A stretch of DNA of 64,000 bases, from assembly GCA_964234715.1 (NCBI GenBank), contig OZ174290.1; one strand, written 5' to 3'. A program made the position numbers and the translations under genes. The notes below the pieces were generated by a model. That model saw only the letters and a program-made list of their open reading frames with translations, searched no databases and had not been told where the DNA came from. Shown here in pieces: positions 35,701 to 47,812 of the stretch. Every line of letters begins with the position of its first letter. Position 1 is the stretch's first letter. This stretch comes from Podarcis melisellensis. Taxonomy: Eukaryota.

Positions 35701-36930
35701 TGCTTTAGCGTTTCATTCTCCGAAATGCAGAAGTCGAGGTCGTTGAACCGCAGAAGGAAAGTATTCCAGTCCTTAAAGACAAACGGGTCTTGAGTGCCCC
35801 TCCGGCTCTCAGCCCTCACCACATCAGTGCCAAACACTCTGTGTCAAGACCAGCTCCGGGGAGCCAAACCCAACCCAAAACTAACTTCAGAATGTGATCA
35901 AGTCAGTTAAATCACAGTGAAATCCTGCATTTCTGATTCAGCTGGTTAGGGAATCAAAGGTAAAGGTAAAGGGACCCCTGACCGTTAGGTCCAGTCGCGG
36001 ACGACTCCGGGGTTGCGGCGCTCATCTCGCTTTACTGGCCAAGGGAGCCAGCATACAGCTTCCGGGTCATGTGGCCAGCATGACTAAGCTGCTTCTGGTG
36101 AACCAGAGCAGCACACGGAAACACCGTTTACCTTCCCGCCGGAGCGATACCTATTTATCTACTTGCACTTTGACGTGCTTTCGAACTGCTAGGTTGGCAG
36201 GAGCAGGGACCGAGCAACAGGAGCTCACCCCGTCGTGGGGATTCGAACCGTCGACCTTCTGATCGGCAAGTCCTAGGCTCTGTGGTTTAGACCACAGCAC
36301 AAATTTCACAAGTATCCTATCATCTTTTAGGAGGGAGAATGTCCCAGAAGAAAACAGAAGAGATCTAACCTCCCTCCCACAATTCTACAGCAGACAGACA
36401 TGCAATGAAATGACAATTGTCAAGTTTGTGGGCCTTCCCCATTCTTATCATTTCAAACTTGAATGGTCAATGCCCATTTGTGGTCCTAGGAAGGTGGCTG
36501 CAGAACAGAAGCACCTGAATTGTCTTATCAAAAGGAAATCTGCCTTAAGCCTTTGGACCACTCACTCCTCTGACCCAGGCAGCCCAGAGTCTTTGGGCAA
36601 AGACAAGCCATCTTTTGGCTCCATCCCCCCCAGAAACCAGGCTCCTGTCCCATAAGGCAGTAAATTCATTCCTGTCCACGTGGTGGTATTTCTCTCCAGC
36701 CCAAAAGGCAAAGCCTCCAGAGCACATCCACCCTTGGGGTATGCAAATACAGACACTGCTTTGTGATCTACCTCTGTCATTTCAGGCGACTTGATCTCCT
36801 TGATTTTGAAGAAATAGCCCAGAGTCAGGAAGGCGATGGCCATGGCACTGACACTAATCATGAACACCACCAGGGGTGGGCGGCTGCTGATGTAGACCTT
36901 GAGGTTCTCCAGAGGGTTTATGTTGAACAT
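32753..36930 (-). CDS. TMEM248: Transmembrane protein 248, complete CDS in 6 exons (945 nt, 314 aa)
   Basis: Translation runs MFNINPLENLKVYISSRPPLVVFMISV...EFCPEK|VAFSEA*. Exon sizes 159/286/151/184/144/21 sum to an intact frame of the recalled human length. Confidence 0.96.
33759..33902 (-). CDS. TMEM248: TMEM248 coding exon 5 (second TM helix)
   Basis: GTGCAG|GAC...AAG|GTAGGT; encodes DDRSLINLHLMHTSYFLFVMVITMFCYAVIKG. Confidence 0.95.
34109..34292 (-). CDS. TMEM248: TMEM248 coding exon 4
   Basis: CCTCAG|C...GAT|GTAAGT; encodes QPPHCVPETYINATFWYKIFTTARD...IVPD. Confidence 0.95.
34878..35028 (-). CDS. TMEM248: TMEM248 coding exon 3
   Basis: CAAAAG|GC...GT|GTAAGC; encodes REAHEEINITFTLPAAWNSDDCVLHGHCDQ. 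Confidence 0.94.
35486..35771 (-). CDS. TMEM248: TMEM248 coding exon 2
   Basis: TTTAAG|GAC...TCAG|GTACAA; encodes DWNTFLLRFNDLDFC...GHQIGLS. Confidence 0.95.
35956..36300 (-). mobile_element. Sauria SINE in a TMEM248 intron
   Basis: As above; AAAGGTAAAGGTAAAGGGACCCCTG tail on the plus strand. Confidence 0.9.
36772..36930 (-). CDS. TMEM248: TMEM248 coding exon 1 (N-terminal TM helix); the exon itself starts at 36948
   Basis: Acceptor TTTTCCAG|GTAGG, ATG at 36930, donor GAG|GTAGAT. Confidence 0.95.
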
Positions 36931-38803
36931 TATTCTGGTCAGGCCTACCTGGAAAACAGGGAAACCGCAAACTGGAGAGAGGGCACCACACTCACTGCCG
37001 CCAGGAACCCCAAAGGCCTGATTACTCTGAATGGCCCAGAACTCATCCTGCAGATTAATCCAATGATATCAAAGCACACAATTGCAAAGGCTTCAGGATA
37101 AATGGAGAAGCAGTGAGACTCTGCCAGAGCAAAGGCTTTTTGTCAGTACCTTGTCTGCAAGCAAACAGAAGGAGAAGTAGCACCCCCTCACATTCACCCC
37201 ATTTCATTTATGCAGATAAAGGGATAGGTTATTCTTCCCCACCATGAAGAAAACCAAAAGGGGCTGCAATTATTCTGGAAGATCCTTAGGGAGAAGAATT
37301 CCAAGAGGCTTCTGCCTGCTCTTTTTGATCACACCCCCTACACACACACAGCCTCAAGAAAGGTGCTGGATGGCTTGCTAGTTCCCCAAGCCATCATTAG
37401 ATTCAAGTTCAGGGGCTCTAGTTTCAAGAGCAAAAGTCCCATTTCAAGAACACAGGATGGGCAACCTGTTTTATTTCCACCTCAGCTGAGAAACACTGGA
37501 TTGTATTATTTTGTGGCATCCGGATACCACCATGTCTTCACCTCGAACACACCACCCCCTGGGCCCAAGCACTGGCTAGCTCATGGACCTCCTAGGCAAG
37601 CAAGGCCTTGGGCCTCCCTGCTCCCGCATTGCCCGAGTCAGGTGCTTTTGTTCTCCAGGTGCCCTTGAGAGCTCAGCCCCCTCACCTCTGCCTCATGCCC
37701 TTCTCTTGCGCTTGGGTGTGGCCAGAGAGAGACACTCAGCAGCCTCCCAGGGTCTTGTTACCAGGTCAGCAGTTCATGGTGACAGATGAGAAGGCCTAGG
37801 AGAGACGTCAAGGAGCCCCTTGTTTGCAAGAGTGGGAATCAAAACAAGCAGAACCAGAAGAAAGCCATCTTATTAACTGTCATTATTTGCTTCGCAAATG
37901 CCAGGTCTCCTAAAACTTGGATTTGAATTCTGTTTCCTCATAAACAAATCCTTCCCCTGTATCAAGACTGACATTCAGGAAGTTTGTTTAAAAAAAAAAA
38001 ACACAACCAAAAGCAGACAGCAGAAAGAAGTTGTCCCTCCATGCCGTCGGGGCTGGGACTCTGGTGCAGGAGCTGCTACCTATACTTCATCAAAATTAAA
38101 GTTTTCCATAGCTAATGAATAGCAATATGGTCCAAGGTAACAGCCCCCTACCCCAGCAAGCTACTTGCAGCTCAAGCCTAAATTAAAAAGGGGGGAGAGC
38201 CCCCCAAGTGAACCAGCAACCCAACCAGAGAGAGAAATGGTGTTTATGTTCAGTAGACCATTCAAAGACAGGAGGCAAACACCACTTTGAAAAATCTTTG
38301 TGCTCTCAGAGCAACACTTAACCTCACCAGTGATATATGCATGTAAATGAGCAACATGCATTTGTGAGTTTGTGGTGAGAAGTCCACGTCTCTTCCTCTG
38401 CTGCTTTTCCTCTTCACACACACACACTGGATAGTCCCTGGTTAAAAAGCAGAGCCACTTGCCTGGGTGTACCAATTTAACTTGCTGGGAACACTTTGTC
38501 CCCTTTGGTTGAAAAATGAGAGAAAAACGCCACCACCCCACGCTGTCAAACATTACCCAAAGGTAAACAGCACAGGATGAAGATCCAAGCCTTGCAGAAC
38601 AGGAAAGATCAGTTCAAGAGCCCGGCTGTCTCTGAAGCACGGAGGCAAACTTGGCGGGGTCAGCTGCCACTTGGAATACATCCAGGCATTTAAGGTGATG
38701 CCCAGACAGACGTTTCCTCCATCAGTGGGGGATTCTTAACTTGTTTTAGAAAAAAAATATCCAACTTTCCTGCAAAAGTTGAAGGTAGCTCACAAAGGAG
38801 GAA

Positions 38804-39074
38804 TAGTCGTACCCTGGAAGTCCAATGGAAACCGTTCCGGAAGTCCATTCATATTTTTTTTAATTATATTTATTGAAATTTTGAACCCCGGAAGTCCATT
38901 CAACTTCCAAAACATTCGAAAACCATATTGCGGCTTCTCATTGGCTGCGGAAGCCCCGTTGGACATTCAGGTTCCAAAAGAATGTTTGCAAACCGGAACA
39001 ATCAGTTCTGGGTTTGCGGTGTTCGGGAGCCAAAACGTCCGAGTTCCAGGGCATTCACAACCAAGGTATGACTG
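38804..39074 (+). mobile_element. Tigger-like MITE family B copy
   Basis: (T)AGTCGTACC...GGTATGACTG-TA; body homologous to 29944-30186. Confidence 0.8.
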
Positions 39075-39268
39075 TACATAAATGCAATTAAAAATCCCTA
39101 AAGGTAGCAGCTGACAAAGACATTAAGTGCAGCAGCTGAAGAGCTACTAAAGGCCAGGTGGCTTTCTGGGAAAGATGTGCAGTGGCCGAAAACCATCATG
39201 GGGGAAGGTGGACCTCCCTGGGCAGGTGGGAGCACCAGAGCTCAACCACGGCTGCCACAGGCCCTTTT

Positions 39269-39547
39269 TAAAAAAAAATGCTTTATTGTTCATACTTGCA
39301 TCTGTACATCAAATACATATCTTCCCTATTGACTTCCCATAAGTCAGTTTTGTCAAAACGAAAATCCAACGAAAGAATGTAAGTCCTCCTACGATATATT
39401 TAGTACATAAGTTTAACTTCCTGTCCTTTCCCAATTTTTCCACTCTAACCTACTGCCTCAATATATTACTCATGAAATAATAATTTTCATACATATATCA
39501 ATCTGTTTTCTCCCTTTGAACCTATATTACTCGCAGAGGTTACTCAA
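39269..39547 (-). mobile_element. 5'-truncated retroinsertion (L1-type) with 10-bp TSD
   Basis: AT-rich insert flanked by AGGCCCTTTT (39259-39268 and 39548-39557); AATAAA near its 3' end on the minus strand. Confidence 0.7.
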
Positions 39548-40369
39548 AGGCCCTTTTCCTGGCAAAACAGGAGCAGGCCAGTCTTGATTATCTCAATAGA
39601 GAGTTCTCTGTCAGCCTCCTCAGAACTCTGTCCTCCTGGGCCTGACTCTGGCAACAGACTCAGCTGACCGAGCATTTGCTTGTGAACCAAGCAGGAAGGC
39701 TGAGGTCAGGGCAAGCGGGTTGCAGAGAGACTGTGCAAAGGGGAGCACTTACCTTGCCCTTATTAGGCTTCCTGCTCTCTCCCTTCAATTGCTTGCCACC
39801 TGTGTCTTATGTCAGAAGCACTTCAACAAGTCCACCTGAGGACTGGAAGGCGTCTGTCTGCCTTGCCCACCAGGCTTCCTCCAGGGAATTTGCCGTGAAT
39901 GCCAGAGAGGTTCTGCAACTGTTCCAGAGCTCCCAGACATTCTGTCAGTCGCAGGCACAGTGCATGGAGTCCCTGCAGGGCACTGGACTCAGCTGCAAGT
40001 TGCCAATTCCTTCCCACTCCCTGCTTTTGAGATTGGCAACAGGCATTGCACAGGAGCAGTCTCTGCTCCCGCTGCTGACCCATATCCCAACAGCAACTGT
40101 GGGGAGCAAGGAAAGCAGTGCAAAAAGGGTTGCGGGGCGGCAGGCATCCTCTCACAATACCTGGAACTGCTTCATCCACCCTGCTTTCCTTGTGCAAAAA
40201 GCAAGCATAACGGCAGAAGACGGGAGACAAAAGCCCCCCCCCCCCAAGTTCCGTCCACCTGGGGCAGGAAATAGTCACCTGCGGGCGAAGCCTCTCTGCT
40301 ACTGCTGGTCCCCCCAGGTGCGGTTGCCTTCCAGTCTCAAGAGCAAGAATAAGAAGGATGGGAGCTGGA

Positions 40370-41420
40370 GGCCGGCAGCATCCGGAGGGGCGCCGCCCGC
40401 CGGCCACAGGTGCTCCCCTCACCTGGGATGGAGATGCTCCTGCTTCTAGCCTTTGGTGAAGGAGCAGAAGCCCAAGCCTGCCCTGCTCTAGCCCCTCCCC
40501 TTCCGCGCGAAGGCACACGGAGCAAAGGCAGAGAGGCTCCAGGGCGGCGGCGGCGGCGGCCGGACCCAAAGGGCTGCTCCTCCCCTCCTGTTGCCGGAAG
40601 TTTCCCTCCTCCTGACCAGACGCTACCGTCAAGCAGGGAGGGGGGGGAGGCCCAAATCCGAGGAGGGGGAAGGGGCATGGAGGGGAGATCATGGGCGCCC
40701 CCCTTAGGTGTGCTGGCTGGGGGGGACCATCCCTCATTTTAAGCCCCCCCCCGGTTCTTCGCCCGCCTTGCCGGAGGGCAGCGGAAGCCTCCCGCTTCCT
40801 CGGTGTGCCCCAAACAGGCCTCGGGACCTGGAGAGGGGCTTCTCCCCTCCCCGCCCAAGGAGACGCACTAGCTGCGGTGGGGGGCACTCTGCACATGCGT
40901 AGAGGCCCGCCCAGAGCTTACCGGCGGCAGGCTCAGCGCCGGGGCTGCAGCATCTTCCTCTTCCTCCTCCCTCCGGCTGCTTCCCGGCCGCGGCCGCCGC
41001 GCGAAGACCCTCCTCGGCTGCCCCGCCCGGGAGGAGAAGCAGCGCGACGGCGGCGCAGCGGGGACAGACTTCCTCCGCCGCCCGCGAACGGGAAGCTCTG
41101 GGTGACGTCAGCGCAGCGTCGGCCAAGCCCCGCCCCTCCCGAGTGCAAACGGAGTTCCGAAGCGCCTGCTAAGAATGCGGGGAGGGCGAGAGGGAAGCAA
41201 AGGAGAGAAAGGAGCCGGCTGGGGCTCTGGGCAAGGGGGAACCCGGCTGCGCCCTGCAAAGGTTGAGCCGGAGGAGGGGGGGCAGTCGCATAAAAGGCCC
41301 CTTCCACAGCAAGGGCGGCTCTTGCCTCGTGGCTCCACCTCAGGTCAGGTAACCCGTCACTGGCTTAGAAGTGCGTTACACTTAAAAGACAAGATGCGCC
41401 GTGGAACTCAAGCGGGGGGA
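40370..41420 (-). promoter_or_regulatory. CpG island / TMEM248 promoter
   Basis: CpG-dense; perfect CRE TGACGTCA at 41103-41110; GC box CCCCGCCC just upstream; ETS motif CCGGAAGT near 40594. Confidence 0.8.
40922..41100 (-). other. TMEM248: Probable non-coding first exon of TMEM248 (5' end approximate)
   Basis: Consensus donor CCG|GTAAGC at 40921 inside a CpG island; the ATG exon has its own acceptor, so an upstream exon is required. Confidence 0.65.
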
Positions 41421-42029
41421 GGGAGAGAGGGTGGTGATGGATGAGCTCCCTCGGTTTCTCTCTGCCTCCCACCCCCACCTCCTTATTCTAACGGGGCTCC
41501 GGGAGGGATAGGGCAAGTGCGACTCCCCTCCCTGGTCATCTCACTGCAACTCCCATCACTAGTGAGCATGCATGACCCATGATCAGCCTCGATGGGGCTT
41601 GCACTCGAGGTTCCTCACGCCTGGAATATTTCTATGCAGCACTTCCAACTGAGAGGTGCTGGTTCAAGCCCTTCTGCACACACTACACCCATCCTTCCCT
41701 CAGAAGCAGCGTCTTCCTCACCACTGGGCTACTCATGTGCAACTCGGACCATTGCACAATGGAACAAGGCAGCCCCCAACAACCTGCTGCTAAATCAAGC
41801 CTTTGGAAACCCCCTTTTTTTTGCACAGCTCCCCAAAAGTCAAGGTGGCCTCCAGAGGTCCCTGATGCTGGAACTCTGCCATAGTAGGGCTGAGGGGATG
41901 CTTGAGAAGTTGATGGGCTCCATATGAGGGAAAGGCAGCCTAGAAATGTAATCATTGCATTAAAATTTCCCACTGGCTCCTCCCTCCTCAGCCCCAATCC
42001 ACAGCAGGTTTCTTTCCCCTCCATTAACA

Positions 42030-42640
42030 CCAGAGCTAATGGACATCCAAAGCAGGTGAAAGTTGGAAGCCTCCGGACAGATAAAAGGACTTTTTCAAAC
42101 AGCACACAGTAAAACTATGGAACTCGCTCCCACAGGAGGTAATGGTGGCCTCCAATCTAAAATGGCTTTAAAAGAGGATTGGATAAATTCATGGAGCATG
42201 TCCACTAGCCATGATGACTATGTTCTGCCTCCACACTTCTTGACTACCAATTGCTGGAAACCACAGGAGGGAGGCCTCTTGTGCTCAGGTCCCACTAGTG
42301 CAGGGGTCAGCAAACCTTTTCAGCAGGGGGCTGGTCCACTGTCCCTCAGACCTTGTGAGGGGCTGAACTATATTTTGGGGGGAGGGGGAATGAATTCCTA
42401 TGCTCCACAAATAACCCAGAGATTCATTTTAAATAAAAGCACACATTCTACTCATGTAAAAACACGCTGATTCCCGGACTGTCCGCGGGTTGGATTTAGA
42501 AGGTGATTGGGGCCTTAGTTTGCCTACCCATGCACTAGCGTTTTTCCCATTAAGGGCATCTGGTGGGCCACTGTGAGAACAGGAGGCTAGACTAGATGGA
42601 CCGCTGGCCTGATTCGGCAGGCTCTTTTGTTGTTCCTGTG
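42030..42640 (+). mobile_element. CR1 3' fragment, split by a hAT element
   Basis: VKLWNSLPQEV motif and ACTAGATGGACC...GGCCTGAT tail. Confidence 0.7.
42301..42532 (+). mobile_element. hAT-Charlie-like element copy 2, nested in a CR1 3' end
   Basis: CAGGGGTCAGCAAAC...GTTTGCCTACCCATG; TSD CACTAGTG/CACTAGCG. Confidence 0.88.
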
Positions 42641-43949
42641 TTTGTATGAAAGAAGCCCTGCTGGCTGGAAGGGGACTCTCTTCTGAGTGAAGACACCGAC
42701 GACTGCAGCCCTGCCAGGTTAAAGACCACCAGCAAGCAAGAACTCCAGATGCCACACAGCAGCTCTGCCAGCAACATTCCAAAGTAGTAATACAAGGAAT
42801 GTATACATTAGATGCTTCCCTCCAAAGGAATGAAGCCCTATTCTATCTCAAAACCACCAAGCAACTACTGCCTGCGGTCTGTTCCTTTGGCCTCACAGCT
42901 TGCTCCATCTTGAAAGCTGGGGAAGAGCACCCAATGAAATGTGCACCTGAAACATGCAAGTGATATAGCAAATCCAAGGTACAAGCTTCACTCCTGCCAC
43001 CAACATCCAACCTGTGCAAAGAAGCAGCATTCTAGTATCTCTGCTCCCTTGAAAAGGCCGAGCTATTTGTTCCAAGGCCTGCCACAACTTCCTGGTGCCC
43101 AGTCACTCTTGCGCCTATGAAGCCATCCACTTGCTTACTCTGCTTGAACTGTCACAGAGTTCTTCTGCAGAATACATGGCAGTCAGAACTAAGGCTCCAG
43201 GCTCCACAGACAGTGAAAATGCTGAGATCTGCCAAGTCCAGGGTAGGAACTTTACTTGCAACATCAATCTTTGATAAAGTATTAATTGTATTGATAGGTA
43301 GCTACATATCAGGCTTTAGGGGGGCACACACACTTGAACAGTCTTTTACAATGTTAAACACTGCATTTACTTACTTTTGTCAGGTATGATCTTGAGAAGC
43401 CATATTTAAACACATGAGGTTCAGTTAAATTTTTTAAAAAGGAAGCTTTAGAGACCAAATGCTGTTAGTTTATCCTCCCTGCTTCCTAGGCTCCAGGCTG
43501 CTCTTCTCTGAAATAAAAGCTCACAGCTCATGATCCCTCAATTTCCCAAAGCCCAAAACGTTTGTCTATGGATAAAAGTGGGAAGGGGGGGGGCTCCCAC
43601 TTTGCCAAGGGGAAGAGGCAGAAAACCCAAAGATGGAAGACTCATGGAAAATTTCAACAGGGCAAGGCAGTAACTTTTTCTGCTACAGGCAAAAAATATT
43701 CTGGGTGCTTCACAACTTCCTGCAGAACAAAGGGGAAGGGTGTTGGAGGGAGAGCCACACAGAGAAGAGCTTCCCAAGGAAGAAGGAAGAAACAACCACC
43801 TTTGGCATTGGGGGACATTTGTGGCAAGGGAGAATGAATCAACCAAAGACACTCATGTCATGAGAACAGAAATTGTGACAGAATGTAGGCACACTTCCTA
43901 TGCTGGGGGCAGTGATCCACCAGAAACCGGCCCTTGCAGGTGCTCCCAC

Positions 43950-44625
43950 CAGTTCCACTCTGGCTTCAGGCCTGAGTACCACACACAGCCAGCCTTGGTC
44001 ACCCTAACTGATGGTGTGTTTTAGCAGAGAGATGCAGGGGGCAGAGTGCTATCCCCTGCTTAAACCCTCTGAGGCTTTCAATACCACTGATCATAGTATC
44101 CTCTTTGAGCAGCTCTGGGAGTTGGCATTTATTGCTGTGGTTCCACTGCTACTTGCAGGGCCACTACCAGACACCAGCACTGGCAGACAAATGCTCAGCC
44201 GCCTGGCAGCCTCGTTGTGTAGCCTGCAAGGTTCTAGATTTTGTCCCACATGCTGCTTTACTTCTCCTAGTGGGGTGTGTAGTACGGATTTGTGGTGCAG
44301 CATCATCAATATGCAGGTGATACCTTAGTTGCTCCTCTCTGTTCCATCAGAATCAGGAGAGGCTGTGCAGGTGCAGCCTACAAACGGAAGCTCTGTCCCT
44401 CTCTCCACCTGTGGCGACCTGGCTATCCCTTATTTTGCATGCATTCCAGCAGCAATTTAAAACTTATTTCTTCCTGCAGGCCTCTATTAGGTAACGTAAT
44501 TGATGTAATTGTCAACTGTACTTTATTGCCAATTGTGATTTTGCTTTGTTTTTAGATGTTTTGTGGATTGCTGCAAGCTGCCCTGGGCTCTTGTGAGAGG
44601 AAGGGCAATAAGTGCAATAAATACT
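43950..44625 (+). mobile_element. Degenerate L2 RT fragment and tail downstream of the NCBP3 stop
   Basis: HSGFRP...ALV, LLKPSEAFNTTDHSIL and YAGDT are decayed RT motifs spread across frames. Confidence 0.75.
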
Positions 44626-45501
44626 TCTAAGGCTACTACTACTATTACTAAGAACAATGATAATTTCAAAAGGGCCTGCACACTATGGGGCGGAGCTTCC
44701 ATTCAATCCTATGCACACACACAACCATATTCTTCATATATATATATATAATTTGAACTGCACATATGAAACCACCATGGTAGCTTTCACACTGTAGCCA
44801 ACAGCAAAAAATAAAAATCACAAATATATATATATATAAAAGTTAGTATTTCCAATGCTGGATTCCTTTGAACGTTACAGATGGAAATAATTTTAAAGTT
44901 ACTTTCAAAGACAAAGAAAAAGCACCTTTCGGGATTTCGTGTACCCTTTTCAGAGGCTTCCAACTGTTCAATCTTCATTTTAAGTAGGAAAAGATCCTGG
45001 AAACAGAAAGCCAGTTCTGGTGGGTTCTATCCAGCATTGCTGGCGTGGGCTGTTGCTGCCTTCACTTGGGATTTGCAGCCATTATCATTCCGGAGGAGGA
45101 AGAGCAGGCAGCAGCGGCCGCTGGAGCTGGCCCTCAGAGCCTGCCCCAGCTGGCAACCCGCAGAAGGACCAAGGAGGTCACCAAGGAAAGTCCCAAATCC
45201 TTTGAGGGAACTGCTAGAACCATTTCCCCCTCTTAAAAGAAACCAGTACGTGGAAAGCCTAAATAACATACAAGTCTCCTACAAAACCCCCAACTGCTTT
45301 CTAGGGGAACGAACACACAGACATTCACTCACGCACTCTCAGCCAAGGTCACCTCTCTGTGCCCCGCAGGGCCACCTTGCACCGCAGGGATCGGACATTC
45401 AGCAGGGCAAGAGGCTCCTGGGTCACGCCAGGCCCGGCTCCCACTTTGGGGCCGAGGGCAACAGTCACCTGGGAGCGGCAGCAGCAGCACCCCAAAGGCC
45501 G

Positions 45502-45737
45502 TCACGATTCTGTGTCTGAGCCTGAGCTGCTCTCCCGGCTGATTTCGATCTGCAGCGAGGGCAAGTTGTCAAGGCGGCTCTTCTTCTGGTGAGACTGCTC
45601 CTTCTCTTTGATGAGGGCCCCCCAGGCCCGCTGGAGCTCAGAGTCCTCTTCTTCGGGAGAGGCCGACGACTTCTCTGCTTTCTCGGGGACCTTCTCCTGC
45701 ACCTTTGCTGCGGATCCTAAACGGGTCCATAAGTTTG
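45502..45737 (-). CDS. NCBP3: NCBP3 exon 13 (to stop codon)
   Basis: ATTAG|CA AAC TTA TGG; encodes NLWTRLGSA...DSELQRAWGALIKEKEQS...ES*. Confidence 0.94.
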
Positions 45738-47759
45738 CTAATAATATACAGAAAGAGAGAGAGATTGGAAGAAGAATTGTTAGCAGTAAGGAAAGGGGGC
45801 ACTCCCAGATAAGCACCAACTCCTGAGTGACACATTGCCCAAACTGGGGTTTTAATGGGCCCTGACATTCTCTGCACACCGAGGGTGAAGGTGAGGCTCA
45901 AAGTGTGGTCCTGCTTTACCAAAGCATCCCCCTCATTCATAAGAACTTCAGAACAGCCCAGCTGGATCAGGCCAAAGGAGGCCCATTGAGTCCAGCATTC
46001 TGTCCTCACACCAGCCAACCACATGCCGCTTCTGAGAAGCCTGCAAGCTGCCTTGCTTCCCCAGCATTTAGACAAAGGCATCAGTATTTCTTTCTCATTT
46101 TGTTATTCTGCTGAGACCTGTGAGGCCAGAGGCGTAAGAAGAGCCTGCTGAATCAGGCCAATGGCCCATCTGGTCCAGCATCCTGTTCTCGCAGTGGCTC
46201 ATTCCACTCTGCAACTGGAACCAAATAAAAAGAAAAACCCAGCATCATTGTTCCTCTTTCCTTGACTAGGTAAGCACATCTCTCTCTTGAGGGTAATGCT
46301 GAATATGGAAGGGCAGGTGGACATTAACAGCTGGTTTGGGGTGGGGGGGGGGAGAGAGACAACAAAGAGCCAAATGTTGGCACATGAAATATTTTTGACT
46401 GAATCTTGTCAATAGCTCCACCTGGACCTGTGTTTCCTTGACTGTAGTTCCACCAAGCCACTCTTTTCAGGGCTGGCACAAATGCAAACAATTCTTGATA
46501 CAAAGCAAAACATTTTCAAATGGCTCTTTCTGAAGCCAGACTAATTCAATACATTGCATTGTTTGAATATATTACACCAATCCTGGCCCAACTGCACTGG
46601 CTGCCAATTAGTTTCCAGGTGCAATTCAAGGTGCTGGTTTTGACCTATAAAGCCTGAAACACCTCAGGACCGCAATACCTCAAGGACTGCCTCTCTCCAT
46701 ATGAACCTACCCGGACTCTGCAGTCGTAATCTGAGGCCCTTTTTCACGTGCCGCCTCCAGGAGAGATCCAGAGGGTGGCAACACAAGAACAGGCCTTTTC
46801 AGCAGTGGTTCCCCATTTGTGCTCTCTCCAGGGAGGTTCGGTTGGCACCTTCATTATACACCAAGTCTTTGGCTGATGAATACTCTGTGGCCTTTTAAAT
46901 GAGTTGTGGGAGGGGGAATTATTGGTTTGTTTTTGTTCTTATTATGTCATTTCTGTTTTTATATTGTAATTTTATTTTGTGAACTGCCCTGAGATCTACA
47001 GATAAAGGGCAGTACACAAATTTATTAATAATAAAGAGTTTCATCTATATCATACTCATCTTCACAGTGATCCATGCGACGGTCATCTCCAGGCTTGACT
47101 ACTGTAATTCGCTCTACGCGGGGCTGCCCTTGAAGCTGTCCCAGAAACTCCAGCGGGTGCAGAATGCTGCAGCGAGGCTCCTCACGGGGTCTCTGCCATG
47201 GGAGCATATTCACCCAGTGCTTTTCAAGCTGCACTGGCTCCCGGTGGAGTACGGGATCAGATTTAAGGTGCTGCTTTTGACCTTTAAAGCCCTTCACGGC
47301 CTAGGACCCTCGTACCTACGGGACCGCCTCTCCTGGTATGCCCCACGGAGAGCCTCAAGGTCCATAAATAGCAACACCCTAGTGGTCCCGGGCCCTAAGG
47401 AAGTTAGATTGGCTTCAACCAGAGCCAGGGTCTTTTCAACTCTAGCTCCGGTCTGGTGGAACGCTCTGCCTCATGAGACCAGGGCCCTGCAGGATCTGAT
47501 TTCTTTCCGCAGGGCCTGTAAGACAGAGTTGTTCCGCCTGGCCTTTGGCTTGGAGCCAATTTGATTCCCTCCCTCTCTTTCTTTTTTCTTTTGCTTCTCC
47601 TCCTGCGATGAGGCTACATTTTAATATTTTAATGTTTCAATATTTTAATGTTGTATTTTTAATTTTGTTTTAAAGTTGTAATCATTTAACTTGTTTTTAT
47701 TATTACTTGTAAGCCGCTCTGAGCCCGGCCTTGGCTGGGGAGGGCGGGGTATAAATAAA

Positions 47760-47812
<53 letters not shown>

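Noticed and set aside
47067-47564. Independent 165-aa protein-coding gene
   Set aside because: It is the C-terminus of L2 ORF2 in a 5'-truncated insertion with no promoter.
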